A model generated the notes under the pieces. It had not been told where the DNA came from. It searched no databases and saw nothing but the letters and a program-made list of their open reading frames with translations. Source: Phoronis australis (lineage: Eukaryota; Animalia; Phoronida). Taken from it: a DNA stretch of 64,000 nucleotides. Where the stretch lies: contig NMRA01000279.1 of NCBI GenBank assembly GCA_002633005.1, forward strand, positions 11,233 through 75,232. The letters run 5' to 3'. Of the stretch, positions 12,321 to 25,017 are shown in pieces (the stretch's first letter is position 1; every line of letters begins with the position of its first letter). Both the position numbers and the translations under genes were made by a program.

Positions 12321-14349
12321 GGCCAGGAAGTAATACAAGTACTTACATTAACCAGGATAGGAAATTCTCCATTTGTTTGTTGCTTCATGTTGTAAAATCA
12401 ATCTATGATTGGTTACTATATTCTTTGTGTTTCCTATGTCTGATAAGTCTGCTGAATGTGCTTTCTTTGATAATTCTGTCTGTTAATCGTTGAATAGGCG
12501 TAAGTGCAGTTTTTGTGTTGTTACGATCCAGGACCTCCGTGGCATCAAGTCGCATGCTGTGGGTTCTTTCTTGCTGGCTGCTTGACTGGTTATAATATGA
12601 CATGTGCTCAGTGTAAGTCACAAAATAATTCATTTAGTTAACATGCGTGTGTCATGTTTTGTAGAATGTCTATAATGGGCTGTATCAGTGCATGTGTCCA
12701 TTCTCTGTCCTGACTGTTTGCATCATGAAATTTTTTGAAATTCGTTTGATGGTATTTAAACAAGACCTGCATAGCTCTGTTTCTAGTTTTTTGACAAGTT
12801 AGCTGTGCCAAACATTCCAATTTTGAAAGTGGCGACAACTCTAGATAATCTTAGTAATTCAGATTGTATTTTGCTATTTTTATATTTTTTACTTTGAAAA
12901 CTGAATTGATACCCAACATAATGGTGTCATAATTTAATATTCCCTTGATGTCCTGTTTCACTGCTGTTCACGATTGTGGATATCATATAACTTTTATGAC
13001 AAGTATGCTTTGTGTTTTTAGCTTTTTAGAACTGTCAAAATTGCAGAAATATTTTGTCACGCGAAAAATCTGAATTGATGCCCAGGTTATTTACATTATT
13101 ACTTAATTACACCTTGTCATATTTCATTGCTGTTTCTTTCATGTTCATTGCTGATTATGTCTGCAACTGAAGACATGTCAGCATATTGTGGTTTATTTGT
13201 TGTTAAGTTTTTCGAATTTTTAGAATGATGATAATAAAATTTATTTACATCATTATTCAATTGTACGATGCCAGATAGAAATCTCCTTTCTCCTGGAGGT
13301 AGAAAAATGTGATGTTCTTGTTCTGTCCTCATTTCAGAAATGGCTGGCTGATTCTAGGAATCTTGTCGGAGAGTATCTTTTCTACGTATACTTCTGAAGC
13401 TTTCTGTCATCAGAGTTGCAGCCTACAGCACAGTAGTAAAACTTCGCTGCCATTAGAAGATCGAATACAGTTAATACAGCATAAAAACTTGAAAAAGCAA
13501 GGCTCCAACAAATAACATGAGATACTCCAATGGCGCAAAAACGAGGCTAGAGAACTGCTCGATGGATGTTGTAGCATTGTGGGTAAATACCACGAGATTG
13601 AAGTGTCCCTGTCCTATTGCATCTTGTCCTATTTTAGTCCAGATTGTACATGTTCATCATTGTCACAAGGCATTGCACTGATGCATAATGTGTTTTATTT
13701 CTCATTAGTTTTCTAAGGCTATCCAAAGTGTAGCATTTAGCCTTTTTTGAAAATACTGAATGTAAATTTATTTGCGCCTTGTCACATTTCAATGCATTTT
13801 TATGTTCATCACTGTCTATATGTACAAGACATGACACAGATGCATAATGTGTTTCATTTCTTGTTACTATTTTTAAAGGCTGTCCAAATTACAACATATA
13901 GTCGTTGTTGTGAAAAACCTAAATAACTTTAATTCCCTCTTATTTGCATCTTTATTCAATTATGCCCCGTCCTATTTCAGAGCTTTTTTCATGTTCATTA
14001 TTGTCTGTATCAACAAGACGTGTTTGTGTTTTAAAGACTGTCGAAATTGCTAGAATCGGATCATTTTGGAATGTTTAATAGTCTGTTTCGTTAACGTCTT
14101 CTTGATGCTGTAACATAATTTTGAAAGGTTAAACAGTTTTTACAAAACAAGATCTTCATACTAGTACCTTTTACACATCTGTGGTGTTGGTTGTTCGGTT
14201 CTCACTTATTTTAAACACTTTCATTGTTTCAGATGACTAGGAAACGTAAGGCAATTTGCATGCCACGGAAAGTATCTGCAAAGACAAGCCATGCGTTAAC
14301 ATCTCAGTCCTAAATGGAGCTGTGAGTAAACTTTTCACTTGAACTCCAG

Positions 14350-14579
14350 GGGCCTGTTCCAAGAAACTGACTTAAGTTTAAGATTTGTCTTAACTTCCAA
14401 ATTTTGGAACTTCCACATTCGGTAAGTTAGTCAAAATTAAGACAAAATTTATGTCAAACACTTAAGTCAAACTTAGAATATCTTTCTTGAACTGGTTTTG
14501 AGACAAATTTACTTTTACTTTAAAATTTACTAAACTTTAAGATTTGTCTTAGCTCAGTTAGCTTTGTTGGAACGGGTCC
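14350..14579 (+). mobile_element. PIF/Harbinger-like MITE
   Basis: TIRs GGGCCTGTTCCAA / TTGGAACGGGTCC and a 3-bp TSD CAG. An inverted relative lies at ~19340-19617. Confidence 0.8.
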
Positions 14580-15039
14580 CAGTTCTTTTAAATTCCCATT
14601 TCAAGCCAGATGGTTAACAATTTTCCATAGAAATTGTGTTCTACAGCTTATGTTGGACCCTAGAAAAAAGGCCAATTGTAGTGAACTCTGGAACATTTCA
14701 TCTCAGAAGTTATGTTACATAAAACAAAAATTAATTGATGTTTTAGAAAATTGTAACAGCTTTCTGTAACACCTTGAACATTTATATCAATTAAAATTGC
14801 GTCGTGATATTGACGTAATTGTTTTGTTTTGTGCTAAATTTTCTATTTGATATGGTCACGTGACACAATTAATAACAGATTGATAAAAAGTCACTAATCA
14901 AATTCTACAGGCTCTCTACTTTCAGAAACTGAGTTAAAATTTATAGGTTTGTAGATAATTTGTTAAGTACGCACACCGGACAATATGATCCTACATAACC
15001 TTCAATGATTGGCAAATATGTCCACCGTGAAGGATTTTT

Positions 15040-15834
15040 ATTATGCGCCCACATATTTATATGTGGACGCATTATGCCCTCATCTCCGTCCGTCTGTCCG
15101 GCGTCCCCTGCTCTATCTCCAAAACGCCTTGACGTATGGTCGTGAAATTTTGCACATGTGTTCCTTTCGTGGATGGGACGGCATGAGCAAACTTTCGGAC
15201 GGATCCGACTACCGGTGTGGCCCCTAGTGGCAATTTTAGTTTTTTACGTTTATCACTTTATCTTCAAAAGTCCTGTAGTGATTTTCATAAAATTTGGTAT
15301 ATAGACATCTATTAGTCAGGTGAAGCCATACTCCCGTTTTCGGATGGATTCAATGTAGTTTGCGCCACCTGGTGGCCATTTTTACTGTTTTCGAGTCTGT
15401 TTTTTGCGTCCACCCCTCTATCAACCAAACCGCTCAATGGATGATTGTGAAAATTGGCATGTATGTTTTTACTATAAAGTCCACAGCTGACGATGATTTT
15501 CCGACAACTACTGTGGCACCTCCTAGTGGCAGTTTTGTTTTTTTTGCGCCTATGGCTGTATCTCCTAAACTGTGTGCATGATCTTTACTAAATTTAGTAA
15601 GGGCATTTATATAATGTTAACAACAGAGGACGACGACTTTCGGACAGATCTGACAACTGGTGTGCCACCTAGTGGCAATTTTATTATGAAATATGGCATT
15701 TTCTTGTTTTTGGATGGATTGTATGTATTTGCGCCATCTAGTGGCCATTTTTTATGATACAAATAAATAACCCTAAAAGCACACCATTTGCAATGCATTC
15801 GTGGGCGCATTTCAGCGCTCCGCGTTGTTCTTGT
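15040..15834 (+). mobile_element. Helentron-associated interspersed element (HINE / DINE-1-like)
   Basis: Subterminal inverted repeats ATGCGCCCAC (15043-15052) and GTGGGCGCAT (15801-15810), a 5' palindrome, a (CCGT)-type microsatellite near 15085, ~150-bp internal tandem repeats, a 3' stem-loop at 15813-15827 and T-rich flanks. Confidence 0.8.
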
Positions 15835-15981
15835 ATTTTTCGGTGATGGTTCAATTTTTTCAGCAGAACCTGAACTTAAACATTAATGTCTGTATATAAA
15901 CTCACCTTCTCGTTATAATCCTGTGCCTAAAAGGGATCAAGGAGTGTTGTTCCATTTCTTACTAGAACCTCTATTATGTTA

Positions 15982-16001
15982 CTTCTAGAAGATTCCTGAA
16001 C
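15982..16001. promoter_or_regulatory. Four-unit heat-shock-element consensus match
   Basis: cTTCtaGAAgaTTCctGAAc. This is a sequence match only, with no function shown. Confidence 0.3.
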
Positions 16002-17754
16002 TTTGCTTTACAATCTGCCACACAATGTCACAGGAACAGTGATTGAATTTTGTGTGTGTTTATATACATCCTAACAATGACGATGCTGCACGTGCACAAA
16101 GTCATCAAGTGTATTTGTAAACACAGCAACAAAACACTGATTTCTGCATTTCGCAAGTTTACCAATGGCCTAAATTTTTTTGCATTTTCGTATTTGGGCA
16201 TTTTGGACTTATGTTTTGACAAAAGTAAGGTAAAAAATGTTAAGTAAACAGAAAATAAGTAGGTGGAAGTCTATGCTCCTCATGAGAATATGGTATGTTT
16301 TGGTATTCCATTGTGTTGAACTGTATAGCAAGTAAAGCAAAGTGCAATTTAAGTTTTTGACACACAATGAGCTGTTTAACACAGACATGTCTATCCAAAC
16401 TCACCTCTAGTGTAAGCCTGTTAATTTATTCACTTTATTTATTCACTATGAGCTGAAACCTCTGAGAGTGTGCTATATTTTGGTACCAGTGTGTTGTATT
16501 GTATTTAGTATAGCAAAGCAAACTAGTCCCAGTTTAACCATCCTGCAGTGTGGGTGATTCAGAAAAGCTAGGAAGCACTTCTGCAAACTAGTTGAACGCT
16601 GTCAAACCAGACCATCTGTTTGTGTTTACTACCAGTCTGGACTCTCCTCGTGAACTCCAGTGTCAGTTGCCAAGGTGTGTCATCCATATATGCCAACCAC
16701 CAGTCAAGACTTGGTTTTTTGAAACCTGTGATCAACCTACATGTGTTGTAAGTTATATTTTAATTAAAATTACTATAAAATCTTGTGATAATGAATCCCA
16801 CGATATTGTCTGCAGGTTAATTAAATGTCACATGCATGTCTGTAAGGAATTGCTGTGATGAGGGAGCAAGCTTAATGCAGACATGTCCACTTTGTTGTCT
16901 GTGAGAGCTATCAGACTTGTTGAGTGAAGAAACCATGTCCATCCACTTCAGCTTTTATTTTTGCACTAGTTAAAATCGGCCTCTATTGAGGATCAAACAA
17001 ACTATTCAAGTGGAAGAGTCCAAAAGTGGGAGAGTCTATTACATACTTGAACTCACCTCTAGTACAAGGCAGTTTTAATTATAATTTGATCACATTATAA
17101 TTACGTGCTGAAACCTGTAACAATATTGTGTATCTTGGTCTCAATGTGTTGTGTCATCTTTGTTACAGCCATGTGCAGATAGTCCCAGTGTAACCACCGT
17201 GTCCAAGGACGTGGGGGCCCTTGACACTTCAGGAAACACCTTGTGAAAATTATGTCATTAAAGGGAAAAAGGTTCTGCATGCTAAGGAAAGGAGCTAGCA
17301 GAAGGTTAGTTTAACTGTAGGCCTTTATGACTGTAGGAAACTGTTAAGTTTTCCTCTTTCGTCAGCTTTGTCGCTTGAGTGTGGTGTGGCCCTGGCCCAC
17401 ATTGTTTTTGTCATATTTTGTTGCAGCGGGAGAGATGTCTTCTGCTTAAAAAGAGGTCATCATTGTGGCAAGCCTGTTTCTGTTACTGGCGTTATAATTC
17501 TGTGCTTAAGCCCATGAGTATGTTGTGTTTTGTTTCAGCCTAGCACTAGTCGCAGTGTAAACCTCTGAGTCAATGGGAGTGGGAGCTATGTCACTTGACC
17601 CTTCAGGAAACACTTGTGCAAACCAGTGGTATGCTGTCAAACCAGATCATCTGTTCGTGTTTACCGACAGTCAGGACTTGGCTCATGAACTGTCACGATT
17701 CGGCTGTGGAGGTGGGTCACCCACAGTTGCGTGGCCAATTCCAGTCACTTGGTG

Positions 17755-17984
17755 CATCGTCGTAGGAAGTGGGGGCAAGAGCCCCCACAACCAAAATGTT
17801 GGGGAACGGAGATAGCCTTTCCAGCCCCCTCCCCAATATTCTAGGTGTTAATAAATATCAATAAAATAACCATTAATTATTAAAAGTTTCAACCTTCGAA
17901 CTTTGTTTTAAATAAAATTGAAAATATAACAGTCTCTCTCCATCCTCCCCAACCTTCAAATGTCAAATGATTCCTACGCCACTG
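17755..17984 (+). mobile_element. hAT-like MITE, degenerate
   Basis: Termini CATCGTCGTAGGAA / TTCCTACGCCACTG with G/C-run subterminal hairpins. No TSD seen. Confidence 0.55.
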
Positions 17985-19339
17985 AAGAGGAGTGCAAGCC
18001 TGATGCTACATTGATGGGTGGAGACAGGCTGAGCGCACTGACTCTTCTCCATATTCACTACAAACACTCATTTGATGTTGACCAAGTGGACACCCCGTTT
18101 ACAAAACACCTTACCAGAATATTCCAACTTTATGCCTTACCATGTAATGGCAGCATTAGTTGAGCACTCTGTGAAAAATATGTAAACTTTGTTATGCTCC
18201 GTTTTGTTTTACAGCATTCTTGCAGGACCACCGATTACATATTTTACCTGATACAAAATATACAGTGTATGTTGTAGTAGTTTAAAAATGATAAGGTTAT
18301 GAATATCAGTAACTGGGGAGAAACAGTATTACACCTGTTGTGCATGATTGGATGTTTAGTCAAAGGTAATAAATGTATCCACAAATCAATCAAACCATTT
18401 ATTTATTTTTGGGGAAATTCATGATACAGAACAGTAACATGAAAGTAAAATCACCCTAAAACACAATGCACACTGGACGCGATGCAAATTGAATTCAATG
18501 TTTCTATTGATCATACCATAAGCCTACCCAACTTTGACGTCACATGCAGTGTGCAGGGGTTGAATATTCATATAGTGCAGTGCTCTACGCAAGTGATCAT
18601 CGCGTCCCATGTGCTCAGACCTTTATGTAACAATGGTGCATGTCTCAAAAGTACGGATACCTTCTAATCTTCCCGTTGAGTCTGTCTCGAACCCCGGCCA
18701 CGCACCTTTAAAAAGCTACAGATCAAACAATAACTCGTACTTGAGATTCATGTATTCACTGTTCCCACACAAAATTGTTGAAGTTCTTCCCTATACGTTC
18801 CAAATAAGATTGCATACCGTTAAGAACTAAATGTTCCGATATCGACTTTTGACGTAGCATACAATATTCTGACAAAAATTTTCAGATATTTGTGTGCCTA
18901 AAGAAATGAACAACTTGTATTTTATATTGGTATAATTAAACGAGGCAGTCTTATTAACCTCGTTGTAGATTGATGCTGGTTTTTGTTCTGTGAATTTTAT
19001 TTTGCTATTCTATTCGTTTACTAGCAAATTGCACTTGATTGAGACGACCTATGAGGTCATTCCAGGATAATTATATAATGTGCTTATAACACAATACTTA
19101 AGAACGTTGTATTGGTGATTAATGTAGAATCATAGCCTTGAATATTTTAGAGCCTAGTTTGTACGGTTGGGTAGATTGCGGAATATTCTGGAATGTGCTT
19201 GAATTGGTGAAACGTTCCAGAACATTGTAAGGGACTGTAAATACTCAGGCGCGATTTAGTGAGTGTCGGTTATAAAATTATGGATTTACAGTCAGTGTTT
19301 ATGTGGTTAATCAATAGAGAACCCATTTAATTCTAAGTG

Positions 19340-19617
19340 AACTGGCTTAGCTAAGACAAATCTTAACAGTGGCAGATCAGTAAACTCCTAACCCCCCCAC
19401 CCGTAGATCCGCCTCTGCTTAAATTTAAGTCAAAGTTAAGATAAAACTTCAATTTTTCTTAAGTCCGTTCCAAGAAAGTGATGTTAAGTTTGACTTAAGT
19501 TTTGTCTTAAATTCAGCTAACTTACCGGATGTGTAAGTTTCAAAGATTAGAAGATGCGACAAATCTTAGACTTTAGACAGAAATGAACTTATTAAGTCAG
19601 TGTCTCGCAACGGGCTC
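19340..19617 (-). mobile_element. Degenerate inverted copy of the 14350-14579 MITE, with a 51-bp nested MITE at 19367-19417
   Basis: Reverse-complement similarity (GCTAAGACAAATCTTAA, AAGTTTGACTTAAG, AACTTACCG). The nested CAGTGGCAGATC...GATCCGCCTCTG is flanked by CTTAA on both sides. Confidence 0.75.
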
Positions 19618-22600
19618 CAGCTATACAGACTGTTCATCTTGAGCCAAGGCCTCGTAGTAGTGGCTGGAGCACAGACTAAGCCCCTCGGACGTTTTGAAAC
19701 AACAAGCTTCTGTAGGTACGGTCGATATCAATAAGGTGATTAACTCAAGCCCATCTTCAGTCTATCATCGCACTGAAAGCTATTATAGCACTGGCCAGTG
19801 ACGACCTGACCCATGAAAATGAGCTTGTTAACTCTTTCTGAAGATTGGCAGGCCTTTTCTTGAGGAACGGTGCTTCCTGCCAAGGTGAAAATCCACTCAA
19901 GGGGCACGCCCTTTTCACAGACACACACACATGTACACTTTCGCCAACTTTGGTATAGAGCTGTCTTACAACATCTCTTGTGGCGCTTTTTATTGCCCAT
20001 CTTACCAGAGATTACCAATTGTACGTTATTTACCTGTATTCATTACATTGTAACTGTACTAGTCATAATAAATAACCTTATATCGCCTACCTCCGTCTCC
20101 TTTTCATCTCTGGTAACGAGCTTGCGACGCACGTATCATTGATCTATTATTCGGGACCGTGGATATGTCGATCATGAAATGATTTCTACAAACTGCAAAA
20201 CACAAGAGATTTTACTGGGAGGAGGCATCTGCAACTCTAACCATCCAGTTGCGCCTTTCTTTCTATTGACAATGATGGGGATGGTTTTATGTCAATCATG
20301 GTAATCTCGTAGTCTTCTTCAAATAGTTCTTTAGGAGACACTTCGCCTTCGAACTGACACTAGTTTGATCATCAGCGTCGAGCCGAGCCTCAGCAAAATC
20401 TCTTCTTGTGTCCTGTCACAGGGTATTGTCTTTGGAATTCAGCGGCACGCATCTCCTCCAACCTAGTCCACATGTCTCCATTTCATTCTATGGGCTTGAA
20501 GCATTGGTCAAAGGCCATGCGTTACTCAAGGCCTCTCTTCCGGCTGATTAGAGTTTCCTTCTGCCAATGCTAGACCAGTGGGCGTTTCATTACCATACTT
20601 CGAGGGATTCTGCAATTAGCAATACCCCTCTCGATTACATTGGGTATTGTGTATGTCTGCTAAGCCCTATCGAGCGTTCGTAAATTAATGTTAACTTCGT
20701 TACGTTTTCATCCGGCACGAATAATGGCACAGAAAACGTGTAAAAGTTGATGACCTATATTTGCAAAATATCGTCTGTGATGCGAGTAATTTTTGGTTGA
20801 TGTTTTACCAGTATTTCACCGAACGGATTCCGTTGAATGTCGATCTCTAGTACCACTACACTGCAGTTAACAAGGAGATAAAAAAGGTTGTATACCCTAT
20901 CGATGGATAGAGAAAATATGCTGAGTTGTTGTTCTGAAACAATAAAATGGCCATGTTTTGGTTCACGAATGCTAAAACCATCCTCACATTTTAGAAAATG
21001 TACATTGTATACCATTTTGTATGATTTTGCTTACCAAATTTGATCTCTGCACTTCAATAGGCCATTCTTAATAGGGAGCTCATGAATGTTATTTTTTTCT
21101 CTAAAACCAGACTGGAAGAGCATGAGGGACTGTTTATATTCCGCACCGCCAGCATCAAATATTAATTAGCCGGTCAAAAACACCAATAAGTAATTATATA
21201 GCCTATGTTGGGTTTTCTGTCTGAAGAAATGTTCTAACGGTAAACGCGAGAAGACTGTCGCTAAATACAGTGTAACGATTAAGAAGTCATGGATTGCAAA
21301 AAATCGTAAAAATACCTTTTAAACAGATCGTAGGAGTCTACTTCGTGGGGAAGCTAACGTGAGAGTTATTCACTTTGGTTATTGCAAGAATTTCTACTGG
21401 CTGCTGCTTGAAATCGCCATTGTTTTGTTTATATCAAAGGTTACATTTTCCGTACACGAGAAATGTGCCCCATAAATGTCTTGACAGGCTTAAGAAGGAC
21501 GCGTGCCTTGCCGTTTGGGAGAAAAATCGACGAATAATGACGAGCAGTTTACAAATCGTTTTTCGAAATTTGAAACTAACGAAAATGCTTTGATATCAGC
21601 AGATATTCAAACTCTTTACGAACAAACCGTAAACATTCCTGGTGAAGATCAGTTTGATTTATGTTACAGTGGCAGAGGACCACTTTGAATAGGCCCCTAG
21701 TCTGTTTTCACGTTCTGTGTCACTTTAAAGTAATGATGTTCGCCGATGTTGATGATCAGGGTTAATCACTGGCGGGACCGTAATCTTTGTTGCGTCCCTC
21801 GCACTTCGTTTTACGTTGCAGAATAATAAATCTGTTGGTGCCAACATGTTTCCAAATACTACCAGCCAACTATGCCATTGGATCCGAGGATTGTGATCTC
21901 GTCTGCGACGTTTGCCCAGTCCATTAAAATTCTGATTTGCGGTCAAGTCACACTACACGTCCACCACTGAGAACGCCCAGTCCGAAAGTTTTGTAACGCT
22001 TGCATTTGACTGAAATCCACTATGTCCTTTTTTAATTGAAAGAAAACAAATCATTATCATTTACTTGCCCTACTCTACGCTTCTCTATATTGGATCAACA
22101 AGCCTGTCATGACTTGAGGACTTAATGTGAATCGGAGATTTTAGGAGCCAGTGACAACTTTGCGAAGGAATGGTGGCCAGAAATTCAATTTCTACAACTT
22201 ACTTAAAAATTATGCGAAAGTGAAACTAGTTTGAATATTTTGTCGTGCACTAACATAATTAATTGCGAAGGGAGCTTGGAAGTTTATGTTGAAGAATGGA
22301 CACATCAACACATAGCCAGCCAGCTAGCTTTATGAAGACTATCGTCAAAATATTAGTATACAGCTTTGCGCCAAGGCTAACAATCGCTCTACAAACCTAA
22401 ACGCAGAAGACGGAAAATATACAACATTGTTTTCACCAATTACTATTTTTAGTATAGCACGCTTACTGATCCCCTATGTCAATGCAAAATCTGATCTAAA
22501 TAGATTCCAGGAGGCAAGTTGTACTTCTATGCAGCACACCACGGCGACTCGTCGATATCAGAAGGCCCCGCCTTCGCTCGCTTGTCCCTGCGATCTGTCT

Positions 22601-22796
22601 ACAAGCATGAATTGAGCACAGCCTTTATCTGATGCCCGAAACATCCGTTAAAGTTGTTTTATCAACTGTTAAAACAGTTAAGCGTAAGAAGTCTTGCGCT
22701 TTGGCTCACCAGACGAGATCCATGTTATTGTGTTCAAGCCATCAATCTTTTTCTCTCTGCATCCGCAATCCTACATGTACGTATCTTAAAAGTGAA

Positions 22797-23506
22797 CTAT
22801 TTGTAGCGTAAGCATGATAAAATTTCTTTTCCAAGAAAACGTGCGATTTCCTCGCTAGCATGATTTGTGACGAAATCAACAGAGAAAAGCAATCTCCCGC
22901 GAAATGTTGTAGCATAGAACACCACGGGAATCCCGTAGTATAGAATGCCGGTAGAGCGCGCTAACCATGTCACCTCCACGTGCTTGTAGACGCCAGGGAA
23001 CATTGATTTGACGTCAGTCATGTTAGAAAACCCGTAATCGGACCGACATGTCTGATTTTCTTTCATGTCGGCCACCCGCTCGCGTCCGTCGTTCAGTTGA
23101 TGAATTGTCAACATGTTGCGAGCCATGTTTTCCGCCTTGAATTTCTCGCGCAATAACTTGGACGTGTCCTTGGCCGACTTCCAAAAATCGTTTGAAGTAT
23201 CAGATGAGGTCTCAAACAGAACTCTGACAACGCCCACATAGTAACCAAGAACGTCAATTGTTTTGGCGCAACGCCGCAAGTTGACGGCACTTCCAGAAAC
23301 GATCGTCATCTTGTCCTCTGCTATATTGTTTTGCGTCCACTGGTTCTTAGTGTAGACGCGATGTAACGCGACATTAGCGGCTGTTAAAAGAGCCGCGTGC
23401 ACTGTAATGCCCTCTGCCTTACATCTTGCCACGAGTTTCTCCGTTTCTTCCTTATTCAAGTAGCCAAGGTCAATGAACTTTGTTCTTGCCGGTTCATCGC
23501 GAGTTG
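22797..23506 (-). CDS. Condensation-domain / alcohol acyltransferase-like protein, copy 2, exon 2
   Basis: Acceptor TTTTCCAG|CA at 23507/23506 (phase 1), open to TAG at 22797, and paralogous to copy 1 exon 2. Confidence 0.88.
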
Positions 23507-24383
23507 CTGGAAAATAAGTTTTATGAAAATAGTCACAAAACATTCATATGGTTATGGTTCCAAGAATTTGGAAGTTTTGTTGAACTTCATAACGCAACCA
23601 CAAAATAATTCATCTATCCCGAGGATATTTTTGACAATTCACACAATATAATGACTGCGGTTTAACGACATGTCATTCATGCCGATAGAGAAACGGAATA
23701 TGTCCGAGAGTGAATCGCAAAAACACAGTGGTTCCAAAAACACCTAAAAGCTGTTGTATAGGAAAGAGTGGCACAAGGCGTAGATGTCTGACCTGTTTTG
23801 AGCTATGTTTCACTTCATTTATTTCAAGCAATGCCACAAGAGAAGCTGAAACCCATCCGCCCTGCCTAAAAGGAACCTCATGCATTGTTCAGATGAGTGG
23901 AGATTGTAGAAAAGTTTGTGTAAAGAAGAACTCTTCGGCCATGAACGTGTTATCTATTTTATAAATAGCAGTTTTGCAACGTTAGCAAACAGTGTTAAGA
24001 ACTAGGAATAAAACATGCGCAAACCCATCCTAAAAATGGGGATGCTCGAATTTTTGAGAGTGTGGACCTTTACAAAGGTTTACGCTGTACGTTCAGAGCT
24101 ATGAATTGTACATTCGCCGAATTTTGGTAGTTCATGCCTTCTTAGTGGATTTTTGTCTCATTTCCTACATTTTGGAGCTTTTGTTTCTCTGAGGCGGACC
24201 TTTTTGCCCACTTCACCAAACGGGGTATTTCTTGGACACCTCATCACAGATTTGTTACTAGCCATTACATCTCTGTTGCACACCCAATCCGGAAGGCAGA
24301 CGTTCTGTCGTAACTCATGGATACGTGACATGCAACACACCCGCCAGCAACCTCTGTGGATGTCTCTTGAGAACCATAGTTAC

Positions 24384-25017
24384 CTGGAAATACATGTGAC
24401 CATAGGCCGTTGGCGTGGGCTAATGCCAGATCTTCCTTCAACGCGTCAACGACCTCTGACCACAAGTACTCTTTCTGCGGCAAAAGATCTTCGATAGGCG
24501 GGTGAATCTTGATCACTTCCTTTGTTTCAAACGTCTGTCCACTGAAGTGCGCGTCCAAAATCTCCATCAATCCGTTACACATAGTGATATTGGAGGTTCC
24601 GTCAGTGATCACGTGATTCCAACTAATCAGCAGAGTGTAAGTATATGGAAACTCTTCAGTATTCCCGTCAATAAGTTTGACTCTCCACATCGGGCCGGTT
24701 TCACTGAACGTTGTGTTCAGCATGCAGTTGAACACCTCCAACCAATCTTCCTGTACGCGCTCATAATCGATAGAGATTGATTGATCTTCACAGAAATACT
24801 TGGTCCCACCAATCTCCCTAATAACCACCCGCAACATAGGATAATGATCACGCCACTCTTTCAAACATGTCTTCATGACTTCATCGGTAACCGGTTTGGT
24901 TGTCGAGAGAGTAAGGTTGTAGACGATCGTGAAAGACTTGGCGACAACTGGAAGTAAACGCACTTCTGATGGACCCAAAGCTCGGACCACACCGTGGTCA
25001 GATAGGATTGACGACAT
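24384..25017 (-). CDS. Condensation-domain / alcohol acyltransferase-like protein, copy 2, exon 1 (spliced product 447 aa)
   Basis: ATG at 25017, catalytic motif SWNHVITDGTS, donor CCAG|GTAACT at 24384/24383. 634+710 nt = 448 codons including the stop. Confidence 0.88.

Noticed and set aside
16050-16247. Faint resemblance to Cys-cluster DNA-transposase proteins (FSYLGILDLCFD)
   Set aside because: The match is too short, with no accompanying catalytic or Cys motifs, so it cannot be supported by eye.
16850-16930. Possible C/D box snoRNA (GTGATGA)
   Set aside because: There is no properly placed terminal CTGA box D or closing stem.
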